Below, piece after piece: positions 28,284 to 39,455 of a stretch of 64,000 bases of DNA. The first letter of the stretch is position 1; every line of letters starts with the position of its first letter. A program made the position numbers and the translations under genes. The notes beneath the pieces are model-generated. The model was not told the origin of the DNA, ran no database searches, and saw only the letters and a program-made list of their open reading frames with translations. Origin of the DNA: Gemmatimonadota bacterium (lineage in GTDB: Bacteria; Gemmatimonadota; Gemmatimonadetes; Gemmatimonadales; GWC2-71-9); NCBI GenBank assembly GCA_022563595.1, contig JADFNB010000015.1, forward strand, positions 10,105-74,104. Reading direction: 5' to 3'.

Positions 28284-29696
28284 ATGTATCCAGGAGAACG
28301 CCCCAGTATCATAGACCGATTCCTCCGCCTGTTCAGCGATGTTCGGGCGGGCGAGGGGGCCCAGGCGCTCCTCCTGGCCTTGAACATCTTCATGGTGCTC
28401 ACGGCCTATTCCGTCATCAAGCCGATTCGCGAGGCCTTGATCCTGGGCGAATGGTCTGCCGAAACCAAGAGCTATCTGGCAGCGGCGATGGTGGTCATCC
28501 TGGTGCCGGTGGTCCAGCTGTACGGTTGGCTGGCCGATCGTTTTCCCCGCATGCGGTTGATCAACGCCGTCACCTTGTTTTTTGTGGCGTGTCTAGTCGT
28601 CTTCTTTCTCCTGGGGCAGGCCGGCGTGCCGCTGGCGATTCCCTTCTTCATATGGGTCGGGATTTTCAGTGGTGTGATCATCGCTCAGTTTTGGTCCTTC
28701 GCGAACGATGTCTACACCAGCGATGAGGGCGAACGATTGTTCCCGATCGTGGGGTTTGGTGCATCGCTGGGCGCCGTGCTCGGGGTCGGCCTCACCCTGA
28801 CACTCGTGGAGGATCTGGGGGTCTACCAACTGATGGCTCTCGGTGCGGGCATCCTGATCCTCAGCCTGGTCATCACCAACTATGTCGATCGACGCCAGCG
28901 CAAGCGCACTGAGTCCCCCCTGCCGGTCGCGCAGACAACTGCGGAGATGCCCGCCGCCACCGGGCAGTTCCGCGCCGTCACAGGTGAGTTCAAGGCGCTG
29001 ACCGCCGAGCAGGCTGAAGCGTCTGGCAGCGGTCAGGGCGCTTTCACTTTGGTGTTCAAGACGCGCTACTTGTTGCTCCTGGCCATGATGATTCTCCTGA
29101 CCAACTGGGTCAACACGACTGGTGAGTACATCCTTGGGAGCACCGTTGTGAACGCGGCCGATGCCGCGGTGGCGAGCGGTGCGGCCGGCGGGCTGGATGA
29201 AGGGCAGTACATTGCCAGGTTCTATGCCGGCTTCGGTTTGTTCGTCAACATTCTCGGCCTCCTCATCCAGTTGTTCCTGGTGTCTCGCATCATCAAGTAT
29301 GCCGGGGTCAGGATCGCCATCCTCGTGCTGCCCCTGACGGCACTTGTCGGCTACGCCGTCCTGGCCCTGTATCCCCTCCTCAAAGTCATCCGGGTGGCCA
29401 AGACCATCGAGAACGCCACAGACTATTCTCTGCAGAACACCGTCAAGAACGTGTTATGGCTCCCGACGACCCGCGAGCAGAAATACAAGGCCAAGCAGGT
29501 CGTCGACGCCTTCTTCCATCGAGCCGGTGACGTGCTATCGGCCGCGCTCGTCTTCGTCGGCACCACATACCTCGCGCTAAAGCCCAGTGGATTTGCCATC
29601 GTTAATATCGCGTTAGTGCTGATCTGGATAGCGGTCGCGATCGCGATTGGGCGGACCTACACCTATCTCACGGAAACCGGACAGCCGCCAACCTAG
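28284..29696 (+). CDS. TLC/NTT (Npt1/Npt2-like) nucleotide translocase, MFS
   Basis: YSVIKPIREAL, FWSFANDVY...ERLFP and DYSLQNTVKNVLWLP...KYKAKQVVD...RAGD; about 12 TM. Confidence 0.85.
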   Translation: MYPGERPSIIDRFLRLFSDVRAGEGAQALLLALNIFMVLTAYSVIKPIREALILGEWSAETKSYLAAAMVVILVPVVQLYGWLADRFPRMRLINAVTLFFVACLVVFFLLGQAGVPLAIPFFIWVGIFSGVIIAQFWSFANDVYTSDEGERLFPIVGFGASLGAVLGVGLTLTLVEDLGVYQLMALGAGILILSLVITNYVDRRQRKRTESPLPVAQTTAEMPAATGQFRAVTGEFKALTAEQAEASGSGQGAFTLVFKTRYLLLLAMMILLTNWVNTTGEYILGSTVVNAADAAVASGAAGGLDEGQYIARFYAGFGLFVNILGLLIQLFLVSRIIKYAGVRIAILVLPLTALVGYAVLALYPLLKVIRVAKTIENATDYSLQNTVKNVLWLPTTREQKYKAKQVVDAFFHRAGDVLSAALVFVGTTYLALKPSGFAIVNIALVLIWIAVAIAIGRTYTYLTETGQPPT

Positions 29697-29878
29697 TCTG
29701 ACTGTTCACGAAAGCGTTTGAGCGCCTCCAGGCGCTCGGCGATCGACTCCTCAGACTTGAGGAGATCGTCCATGAGGACCTCGCCCGACCGGGACTGGTC
29801 GGTTTGACGGATGCGGGCTCGCGAAATAGGGCTGCCTAGGAGCGGTCGTAGCGTCGGGGGGTCAACTGGGTGGGGCAA
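29693..29878 (-). pseudogene. Remnant or microprotein resembling the C-terminus of the TLC-HEAT protein
   Basis: RSGEVLMDDLLKSEESIAERLEALKRFREQSD aligns by eye to RSANQVLADLLESSASIVINLEALRKKRESGAD. Confidence 0.45.
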
Positions 29879-30009
29879 CGTGTTTCGTGCAGCGTGGCAC
29901 GGCGTCAGGACGTAGCATGCGCATTTCCAGACGCCTCTCCCGAGGGCGAGCGACGCCCAAGCTCGAAACGGTCATCACCTGGCGGAGCGCGGATACCATG
30001 CAAGTCATG

Positions 30010-32223
30010 CTAGTCCGCGCCCGATTCCCGCTTCTTTCGCAGCGCCTCGAGATTGATCACGATCGACGCGCTCGATTCGAGAAGGTCGGCGAGCACTTGG
30101 TTGGCCGAGCGGCGTTCCGCGCTTTTACGGCCGACATCCTCGACAAACGGCCACAGCGCTTTGCGAATGTCGTCGGGCAACGCCGAGTCCAGATACTCCA
30201 GAGCGGTGCCACGGAGATGCTTGTCATTCGTATGCAGGCCGCGGAAGGCGACCTTGAGCGGCCGCCGGGGTAGGAAGAGCGCCAGTACGGTAAACACGTG
30301 TTCCAAGCTGCGGTCCGCGCGATCGCGGAGCACTTCGTCCATCATCGGAGACCAGGCCTCGTCATCCATCTGATCGATCAGTCGCTGGCTCTGCCACACG
30401 CCGCGATCTACCGCCACTTCCCGCAGGGCCGCGGCCTGCGCGCGCTCCCGGTCGACCACGAGGTCCGGATTCAGATCCACCAACCGGTTCAGTGCCCGTC
30501 CGCAGCGATAGCGGACCTCGAATCGCGGGTCCTCCAACCCCGCGGTGAGTCCGTCAACGGCTCGCTGCGTGGGGCATGCGGCCAGCACGAGCGGTATGCG
30601 CCGCCGAACCGCAAAGCTCTCGTCCGGATCCAACAAGTGGTCCACCAGCTGGCCGGTCGCCCGAGGCGCGATCTGCCGCAGTGCAGCTACGGCGTCCGCC
30701 GCGACCTCGTCCCAGGCAAGCAGGGGCACCACATAACCGACCAGCGGCTCGGTCAAAGGAGTCGCGAGCGCATGCCGCACGCGCGGCGGCTCGCGTGAGC
30801 GCAGTTCCGCCAGCCGGTCCAGCTCGGCGTCGAGCCGCGGTATCGACGGCGCGGGCGCCGGCCGTGCTCGCGCCGCTTCGGCCGCCGAGTCAACGCGCTC
30901 CACCTGCAGGGATTCGGTGGGATCAAACAGGGTAAGACCCAGCGCCCCGGCCGACTGCAGCATTGCCGTTCTTGTGGCCAGGTCGCGCGCCTCCGCGAGA
31001 TCGAGCTGCCCCGCTCGGGAAAGCAGGCTCCTCTCCAAGGCCTTCACGTAGCCCCGCTGGAGACCGATCGCCACGATTGCGCCCGCGATCGAGAAAGCGA
31101 TAGCTATACCGAGCAAGACCGGTCTATGCGCCACCGCAGCGATGATGGTGATCTGGACGATCGCCGCACCTACCACATCCCCCAGCCGCACGGCACCGAC
31201 ATCCACCAACATCTTGGTGGATCGTTTCTGTCGCGGTGCCAACGGCGCGAAGAGTAGCTCGTACCCCGCGCGGTAGAGACCATTCCGCGCCACGGACTCG
31301 ACTCCACGCAGCGACAAGATCATCCCGAAAACGGGGACGAAGAGCGCGACCGCCCCGCCGACGGCGACCGCGGACGGCAGCAGGGCAACCGTTCGACCTA
31401 GTCCGAGGCGTTCCAGCGAAAACCGGCTTGCAACGGCCTGCACGAGCACGGTGAGCAACGCCACGCCGGTGTAGAACACCGCGAAGAGCCGGAGGAGTTG
31501 TTCGCCTCCGCCGAATGTGGCGAACGCCTGTGCTTTGAACAGGTAGTCGACGAGGCCCTCGCTCACAGTCGTGAGGAGGACCAGTGCGACGAGCGCGCGG
31601 AGGTAGCCCGTCTTCCGGATCAGTGTGACACCCGACGACCCCAGACCCTGAGCGTCGGGCGCGCGCGTGCCGCGTCCGCTGCTTGCGCCGCTCACCACCC
31701 CGAGCACCAACCATGCGCATGCGAAATGCAACCCCGCCAGGATCGGCAGCATCGAGGTGACCGAGGGCAGCAGCACCGCCGCCCGTTCGGCCAGGAGACC
31801 GCCGAGCAGCCCGCCCACCGTCCCACCGGCCGCTATGCGGCCGATCGCCTTCTTGGCGGTGCGGGGATCGAACCTCTCGTTGATGATCGACCAGAACCCG
31901 GAAATGAGGACGGCGCCGAGCCCGGAGAAATGGATGTACACCAGCACCGACACCGGGCCGCGGAAGGAGGCCACGAAGAACCACTCTACGAGTAGGAGCA
32001 CGGCACTGGACGCGAACGCTATCGGCACCAGGCGGCCCGGGCCCACTCGGGTCAACGCGCGCGTCGCGACGAACACCAGCAGGACTGAAACGACCGCTGC
32101 CCCGACCACCATCCGGGGCAGCATTGATACATCGAAGCTCGACAGGAAGAGCGCGTTGCGGGTCGCCTTCGCCGCCATCTGGAAGGCGATCATCACCGTC
32201 GCCATCACCGTAGCGGCGGTCAC
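30010..32223 (-). CDS. TLC/NTT-like MFS transporter fused to a HEAT-repeat C-terminal domain
   Basis: AKATRNALFL, FWSIINERFDPRTAKK and YELLFAPL...KRSTKMLVD...RLGD. HEAT-like repeats LLDPDESFAVRR and LEDPRFEVRYRCGRAL. Confidence 0.82.
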   Translation of the reverse strand: MTAATVMATVMIAFQMAAKATRNALFLSSFDVSMLPRMVVGAAVVSVLLVFVATRALTRVGPGRLVPIAFASSAVLLLVEWFFVASFRGPVSVLVYIHFSGLGAVLISGFWSIINERFDPRTAKKAIGRIAAGGTVGGLLGGLLAERAAVLLPSVTSMLPILAGLHFACAWLVLGVVSGASSGRGTRAPDAQGLGSSGVTLIRKTGYLRALVALVLLTTVSEGLVDYLFKAQAFATFGGGEQLLRLFAVFYTGVALLTVLVQAVASRFSLERLGLGRTVALLPSAVAVGGAVALFVPVFGMILSLRGVESVARNGLYRAGYELLFAPLAPRQKRSTKMLVDVGAVRLGDVVGAAIVQITIIAAVAHRPVLLGIAIAFSIAGAIVAIGLQRGYVKALERSLLSRAGQLDLAEARDLATRTAMLQSAGALGLTLFDPTESLQVERVDSAAEAARARPAPAPSIPRLDAELDRLAELRSREPPRVRHALATPLTEPLVGYVVPLLAWDEVAADAVAALRQIAPRATGQLVDHLLDPDESFAVRRRIPLVLAACPTQRAVDGLTAGLEDPRFEVRYRCGRALNRLVDLNPDLVVDRERAQAAALREVAVDRGVWQSQRLIDQMDDEAWSPMMDEVLRDRADRSLEHVFTVLALFLPRRPLKVAFRGLHTNDKHLRGTALEYLDSALPDDIRKALWPFVEDVGRKSAERRSANQVLADLLESSASIVINLEALRKKRESGAD

Positions 32224-32321
32224 CGCCGCCCGGGTCTCGTGGTCGGGAGTGATGAGCGTATCTCCGAGGGTGCGTTACGGCCGCGACCTAGAGCGTACGG
32301 CGCGCGTGGGCAACGCGTTCC

Positions 32322-33098
32322 TCAGCAGCAGGTATACCGCCTGGCCGGAACGGCGCGAACCGGGGCACCAAGCCCCGTGCCAAGTTCGGCCGTAGCCGAT
32401 CCGTCTCGCACGGCCACTTCGACCGTATTGTTCGAGCCGATGAACGCCACGAGGGCACCCGGCTCCACGTCAGCGAAGGTGCGCCGGAGAGGGCCGATGC
32501 GCGACTCACCAACCTGGATCTCGACACCCGATCCCAGCTCGTGACCGCGGATATTCGTCACCAGCGTGCCGAACCGGTCTACATGGACGACCGTTCCGCT
32601 CGTGACGTGATTCTCCCGCTTGGGATCCGGGAGCGGAAACCGGTGCCATCCGGTGAACGGGCGACCCAGCTCGGCAAGTGGAGCGCCGGCCGCCAATCTC
32701 GCCGCCGCCGGTGCAAAGACGTCCCGCCCGTGGAAGGTCGGCGCGGCGCCGTCGGGAATCGGGAGTTGGACGACCTCGGCGCCTTCGAGTATCGGCGAGA
32801 GGATTCCGTTATCCGGAGCAACGAACCCATGGCCGTGATTCGTCGCCGCGATAGCCCGTCGGGACGTTCCCACTCCGGGATCGACCACGACAAGATGCAC
32901 CGTGCCCCGCGGAAACCGATGCCAGAACCTCTCCAGCAGGTACTGCGCGGCTTGGACGTCACCAAGCTCTAGCTGATGGGCCACATCGACGAGGCACAGT
33001 CCCCGCTCGACGGCGAGCATGGCAGCTTTCATCTCCGCGACGTAGCTGTCCGACAAACCGAAGTCGGTGAGTAGGGTGACGACGGGCTGCTCGCCCAT
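32322..33098 (-). CDS. SAM hydroxide adenosyltransferase / chlorinase-fluorinase family (DUF62)
   Basis: TLLTDFG..D.YV, VVDPGVGT.R, APDNG, TFHGRDVFAP and VDRFGT. Confidence 0.93.
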   Translation of the reverse strand: MGEQPVVTLLTDFGLSDSYVAEMKAAMLAVERGLCLVDVAHQLELGDVQAAQYLLERFWHRFPRGTVHLVVVDPGVGTSRRAIAATNHGHGFVAPDNGILSPILEGAEVVQLPIPDGAAPTFHGRDVFAPAAARLAAGAPLAELGRPFTGWHRFPLPDPKRENHVTSGTVVHVDRFGTLVTNIRGHELGSGVEIQVGESRIGPLRRTFADVEPGALVAFIGSNNTVEVAVRDGSATAELGTGLGAPVRAVPARRYTCC

Positions 33099-33102
33099 CA
33101 CG

Positions 33103-34224
33103 TCACCCCGTGATGATCGGCAGCGACATCGAACGACTGGCCTTCTGCTTCACCGCGTCGGCCACCGCTGTGAGCGCCTCTCCAGCCGGGGAGTCAGGCT
33201 GGGCAACCACGACCGGAGTGCCGCTGTCGCCGAGATCGGGCATCCCAGCCTGCAGCGGTATCTGTCCCAGGAGCGGAACGCCGACCTCTTCCGCGAGGCG
33301 TGTTCCACCACCCGACAGAAAGATCTCCGTGTGTTCCCCACAGTGCGGGCAGGCGAAGTAGCTCATGTTCTCGACCACGCCGAGCACGGGCACGCCTACA
33401 CGCTCGAACATCTTCGCGCTCCGCAACGCATCGCCGATTGCCACCTCCTGCGGTGTCGTCACCACCACCGCCCCCGTGAGCTGGATCGCCTGCGCGAGCG
33501 ACAGCTGCGCGTCACCGGTACCCGGTGGCATGTCGACCACCAGATAGTCCAACTTGCCCCATAACACATCGCGCAGGAACTGCTGGATCACCTTGGTGAT
33601 GATCGGGCCCCGCCAGATCGCGGGCGTGTCGCGCTCGATCAGCAGCCCCAACGAGATGAGCTTCACGCCGTGCGCCTCCAGCGGCACCATCTTGTTCCCT
33701 TCGACAACCGGCTTGGCCGTCACACCGAGCATCCGGGGGATGTTGGGACCGTATATGTCGGCATCCATCAGTCCGACCGCCGCACCCTGCCGCGCCAACG
33801 CCACCGCGACGTTGGCCGCGATCGTCGATTTCCCGACCCCACCCTTGCCGCTGGAGATGGCGATAACCTTGCCGAGTTCGCCCGGCGCCGCCGGCTGCGG
33901 CATCGGCGGCTGGGCACCGCCAGCCGCGGGGGCGGGGGCGGGCTGCGCTCCCGCAGGCGGCCCCTTGGTGGCGGGTGCACCCTGCGGCTCCACGACGTTG
34001 ATCTGGACCTCGTTCACGCCGTCGAGTTCCTTGATCGCCCGCCGCGTCTCGCGGACCAGCACGGCGGGGTCGTCTCGAGAGAGTACGAACGTAAACGAGA
34101 CCTGCCCTTCGTCGGTGACGGTGAGGTCCTGGACCATACCCGCCGAGATGACGTCATTGTCAACGCGGGGGTTTCGGACGTTGGTGAGCGCGCCTGCTAC
34201 GCGGGCCTGGAGCGTATGCGACAT
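33103..34224 (-). CDS. mrp: Mrp/NBP35 (ApbC) Fe-S cluster carrier ATPase with N-terminal DUF59
   Basis: SGKGGVGKST, DADIYGP, WRGP, DMPPGTGD and ENMS...CPHC. Confidence 0.95.
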   Translation of the reverse strand: MSHTLQARVAGALTNVRNPRVDNDVISAGMVQDLTVTDEGQVSFTFVLSRDDPAVLVRETRRAIKELDGVNEVQINVVEPQGAPATKGPPAGAQPAPAPAAGGAQPPMPQPAAPGELGKVIAISSGKGGVGKSTIAANVAVALARQGAAVGLMDADIYGPNIPRMLGVTAKPVVEGNKMVPLEAHGVKLISLGLLIERDTPAIWRGPIITKVIQQFLRDVLWGKLDYLVVDMPPGTGDAQLSLAQAIQLTGAVVVTTPQEVAIGDALRSAKMFERVGVPVLGVVENMSYFACPHCGEHTEIFLSGGGTRLAEEVGVPLLGQIPLQAGMPDLGDSGTPVVVAQPDSPAGEALTAVADAVKQKASRSMSLPIITG

Positions 34225-34330
34225 ACGTGGACAAACTTACGCCGTCCCACGAGCCAGGAGCAACCATGAGCTGCGCGGGAGCGCCCCCGTCCGAATCGGG
34301 CAGCCGCCGAGAGACCGCGACAACACATCA

Positions 34331-35368
34331 TTAGAGCATGGCGCGGGCAGCCGCGAGCACGGTAGCCTGAACCGCGGCAATCGAGCCTTCCAGCGACGCA
34401 CCGGCCGCCTTCCGGTGCCCGCCTCCGCCGAAGCTTTCGGCGAACTGGGCCACATCGATATCGCCCATGGAACGAAACGAAACCTTGATGCGCCCGTTAC
34501 CGATCTGGCGGAATAGCAGCGCCATCCGCACACCTTTGACGGAGCGGGGGAATTCCACCACTCCTTCCAGATCCTCCGCGCCCACGCTGTGCCGGTCCAG
34601 CGCCCCGGGTGGTACGGTAACCCATGCCAGTCCGGGCGGCACCTCGACCACCAGCGTGTCCAGAACCTCGGCGATCAATCGAAGACGCCCCTCGGGCGCG
34701 CTCGCATAGATGCGTGAGTAGATCTCCTCGACGTCCAATCCGTGTTCCAGTAGATGCGCCGCGACCTGCAACGTCCGCGGAGACGTGTTGCTGAACCGGA
34801 ACCCACCCGTGTCGGTGAGCAGAGCGACGTAGAGCGCCCGGGCGGCATCACGCGGGAGCGCCCATCCGGCGGTCTGCGCCAGATCGTAGACCAGTTCACC
34901 GGTGGCACAGGCTGTGGCGTCGACCAGCCGTGGGCCGGGCGGAAGCGTTCCGTCGCTGGCGTGATGGTCGATGCAGGCCACTGGCACGGTTCCAGCGGCG
35001 ATTGCCCCGGCGAGATGGCCCAGTCTGCCCACATCCGCGATGTCGAGGACAACGACCAGATCGGCTCGCGCCAACTCTTTCACCGCCTTCGCCGAGCGTT
35101 CGGCCCCGTTCGCGCCCTCGAGCAGGAAGCTGTAGCGCTCCGGGAAGGGCGTCGGATTGACGATCACAGGGTGAGCGCCGCGTGCCGCGAGCAGATACCA
35201 CAGCCCCACCTCACTGCCCGCACCGTCGCCATCCGCGTTGACATGGGTCGTCAAGGCAACCCGCATACCCGGCTCGATGGCCGCCGCCACCGCCCGCGCC
35301 CCGTCCTGTCTCGACCCGGGCACTGCAACGCCCCGGTGGGGTAACCTGGAAGAAGTATGATCCGGCAT
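34331..35368 (-). CDS. DHH/DHHA1 phosphoesterase (NrnA-like)
   Basis: HVNADGD, IDHH, TDTGGF, SFRS and GGGHRKAAG. Confidence 0.93.
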   Translation of the reverse strand: MPDHTSSRLPHRGVAVPGSRQDGARAVAAAIEPGMRVALTTHVNADGDGAGSEVGLWYLLAARGAHPVIVNPTPFPERYSFLLEGANGAERSAKAVKELARADLVVVLDIADVGRLGHLAGAIAAGTVPVACIDHHASDGTLPPGPRLVDATACATGELVYDLAQTAGWALPRDAARALYVALLTDTGGFRFSNTSPRTLQVAAHLLEHGLDVEEIYSRIYASAPEGRLRLIAEVLDTLVVEVPPGLAWVTVPPGALDRHSVGAEDLEGVVEFPRSVKGVRMALLFRQIGNGRIKVSFRSMGDIDVAQFAESFGGGGHRKAAGASLEGSIAAVQATVLAAARAML

Positions 35369-35481
35369 CGGGAATGAACTTAAGCGCCGCACGCCGGATT
35401 GCGAATCGGCGGCGGATCTTGCCCTGAACGGGCCACGGCGTCCATCTTGTCAACTTCGTTGTCCCCGACCACGGGAGAAGC

Positions 35482-37215
35482 ATGGATCAGTTCGAGCGCT
35501 TCATCGAATTCCTGAACGATGTGGTGTGGAGCTTCGGCATTCCTGCGGGCGCCGAGGTGATCCCGATAGTCGTCATCTGCCTCTTAGGCACCGGGATCTA
35601 CCTCACGCTGAGGCTGAGCTTCATCCAGGTGCGCCGGCTGGCGCACGGCTTCGCGGTCACCTCCGGCAAGTATGATGACCCGAACGAGCCGGGCGACGTC
35701 TCGCACTTCCAGGCACTCACTACCGCTCTCTCGGCTACGGTCGGGATCGGCAACATCGCGGGCGTGGCCATCGCTATCCACTGGGGCGGTCCCGGCGCGT
35801 TGTTCTGGATGTGGATGACCGCCTTCCTGGGGATGGCCACCAAGTACACGGAGGTGACGCTCGCTCAGCGCTTCCGGAACGTGCAGGACACCGATGCGGG
35901 AAGCGTTCGCGGCACGGTCTCCGGCGGGCCCATGTACTACATCGAGCGGGGTCTGGGTCCCAAATGGAAACCTCTCGCCGTGTTCTTCGCCGTGATGCTC
36001 GGCTTCACCGCGTTCCTGACCGGGAACGCCGTGCAGGCGAACACCGTGGCAGACACGATGAGCACCGAGTTCGGTATCCCGGTCTGGATCACGGGACTCG
36101 TCACCGCGTTGCTCGTCTCCGCGGTCATTCTCGGGGGCATCAGGCGCATCGGCAAGGTGACCGCCGTGCTCGCCCCGTCCATGGCCGCGGTCTACGTCGC
36201 CGGCGCAATGGTCATCATCGCGCTCAACATCGACCAGTTGATCCCGGCCTTCGCGCTGATCTTCCGCGAGGCCTTCAATCCGACGGCCGGGATTGCCGGG
36301 ACAGGCGTCGGCGCGGTTCTGGTCACGATGATGTGGGGCGTGAAGCGCGGTCTCTTCTCCAACGAGGCCGGTCAAGGATCGGCGCCGATCGCTCACGCCG
36401 CCGCGAAAACGGACGAGCCCGTTTCCGAAGGAGTGGTAGCGCTACTGGAGCCGTTCATCGACACGATCATCATCGTTACTATGACGGCGCTGGTCATCAT
36501 CATGACCGGCGTCTGGAACGAGCGGATACCGACCGAGTTGGCGATGGCAGGAGGGGACGGCTCATTCGTGGTAGCGGATGCCACCGGACAAGACCAGGAC
36601 GAGAGGGAATTGTCTCTCGTCACGGTCACCGACGGTGCACAACAGGGGGACGCGCGTTTCGCCTGGCACGAGGTCGAAGTTGAACGTCTCTACGTGGACT
36701 CCGCGAGGACCCGGCCGTTTACCGGAGTCATTCAACGCAATGCCGGGTATGCGGTGGCCGCCGACGGCCAACGGTACTCCACTCTGTTCGGGGACGCTGT
36801 CGAGAGCGGAGCGCCACTCACCATGCTCGGCTTTCAAAGGGGCCTCCCGGGAGACTGGGGACGCTTCATCGTGCTCGTGAGCGTGTTGCTGTTCGCGGTC
36901 TCGACCGCGATATCGTGGAGCTATTACGGGGACCGTTGCGCAAACTACCTGTTCGGTCCCAACGCCATCTTGCCCTACAAGCTCGTGTTCGTAGGCATGC
37001 ACTTCTTCGGCGCCGTCGTTTCACTCAACGTGGTGTGGACGATGGGCGACATCGCACTTGGTATTGTGATTCTCCCCAACCTCTTGGCGCTCGTGATCCT
37101 CGCCCCGCGGATAGTTCAGGAGACGCAGAGCTACTTCGAGCGGCAGCCTTGGCTGGAGAACTACGAAGTGCACCGGCGGCTCAAAGAGGAACGCCGCCGC
37201 CGGCGTGACGGCTGA
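35482..37215 (+). CDS. Sodium:alanine/glycine symporter (AGCS family)
   Basis: ATVGIGNIAGVA, GGPGALFWMW, GGPMYY, RGLFSNEAGQGS and EPFIDT. Confidence 0.95.
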   Translation: MDQFERFIEFLNDVVWSFGIPAGAEVIPIVVICLLGTGIYLTLRLSFIQVRRLAHGFAVTSGKYDDPNEPGDVSHFQALTTALSATVGIGNIAGVAIAIHWGGPGALFWMWMTAFLGMATKYTEVTLAQRFRNVQDTDAGSVRGTVSGGPMYYIERGLGPKWKPLAVFFAVMLGFTAFLTGNAVQANTVADTMSTEFGIPVWITGLVTALLVSAVILGGIRRIGKVTAVLAPSMAAVYVAGAMVIIALNIDQLIPAFALIFREAFNPTAGIAGTGVGAVLVTMMWGVKRGLFSNEAGQGSAPIAHAAAKTDEPVSEGVVALLEPFIDTIIIVTMTALVIIMTGVWNERIPTELAMAGGDGSFVVADATGQDQDERELSLVTVTDGAQQGDARFAWHEVEVERLYVDSARTRPFTGVIQRNAGYAVAADGQRYSTLFGDAVESGAPLTMLGFQRGLPGDWGRFIVLVSVLLFAVSTAISWSYYGDRCANYLFGPNAILPYKLVFVGMHFFGAVVSLNVVWTMGDIALGIVILPNLLALVILAPRIVQETQSYFERQPWLENYEVHRRLKEERRRRRDG

Positions 37216-37242
37216 GGAACGCCGCCATCCGGCCGGAGCCGG

Positions 37243-37272
37243 AGCCCTCCGTCAGACCGGCGGGGGGCTTTT
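37243..37272 (+). terminator. Intrinsic terminator between the convergent symporter and guaB genes
   Basis: AGCCCTCCGTC-AGACC-GGCGGGGGGCT, an 11-bp stem with G-U pairs, ending in TTTT. Confidence 0.65.
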
Positions 37273-37369
37273 CCGATGAGGGTAAATAGGCCTAGTGGGG
37301 GCGTGGTTCGCGGGCAAAGGGGGACATCCCTAGTGGCTCGACGAGGTCCCGGACGGGAAGCCTCAGACT

Positions 37370-39444
<2,075 letters not shown>

Positions 39445-39455
39445 CGTAACTCCAG

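Noticed and set aside
32322..32345. DUF62 protein also ends in Cys-Cys-TGA (RRYTCC)
   Set aside because: The tail lies beyond the conserved domain and shows no other similarity to the CC-stop protein; probably chance.
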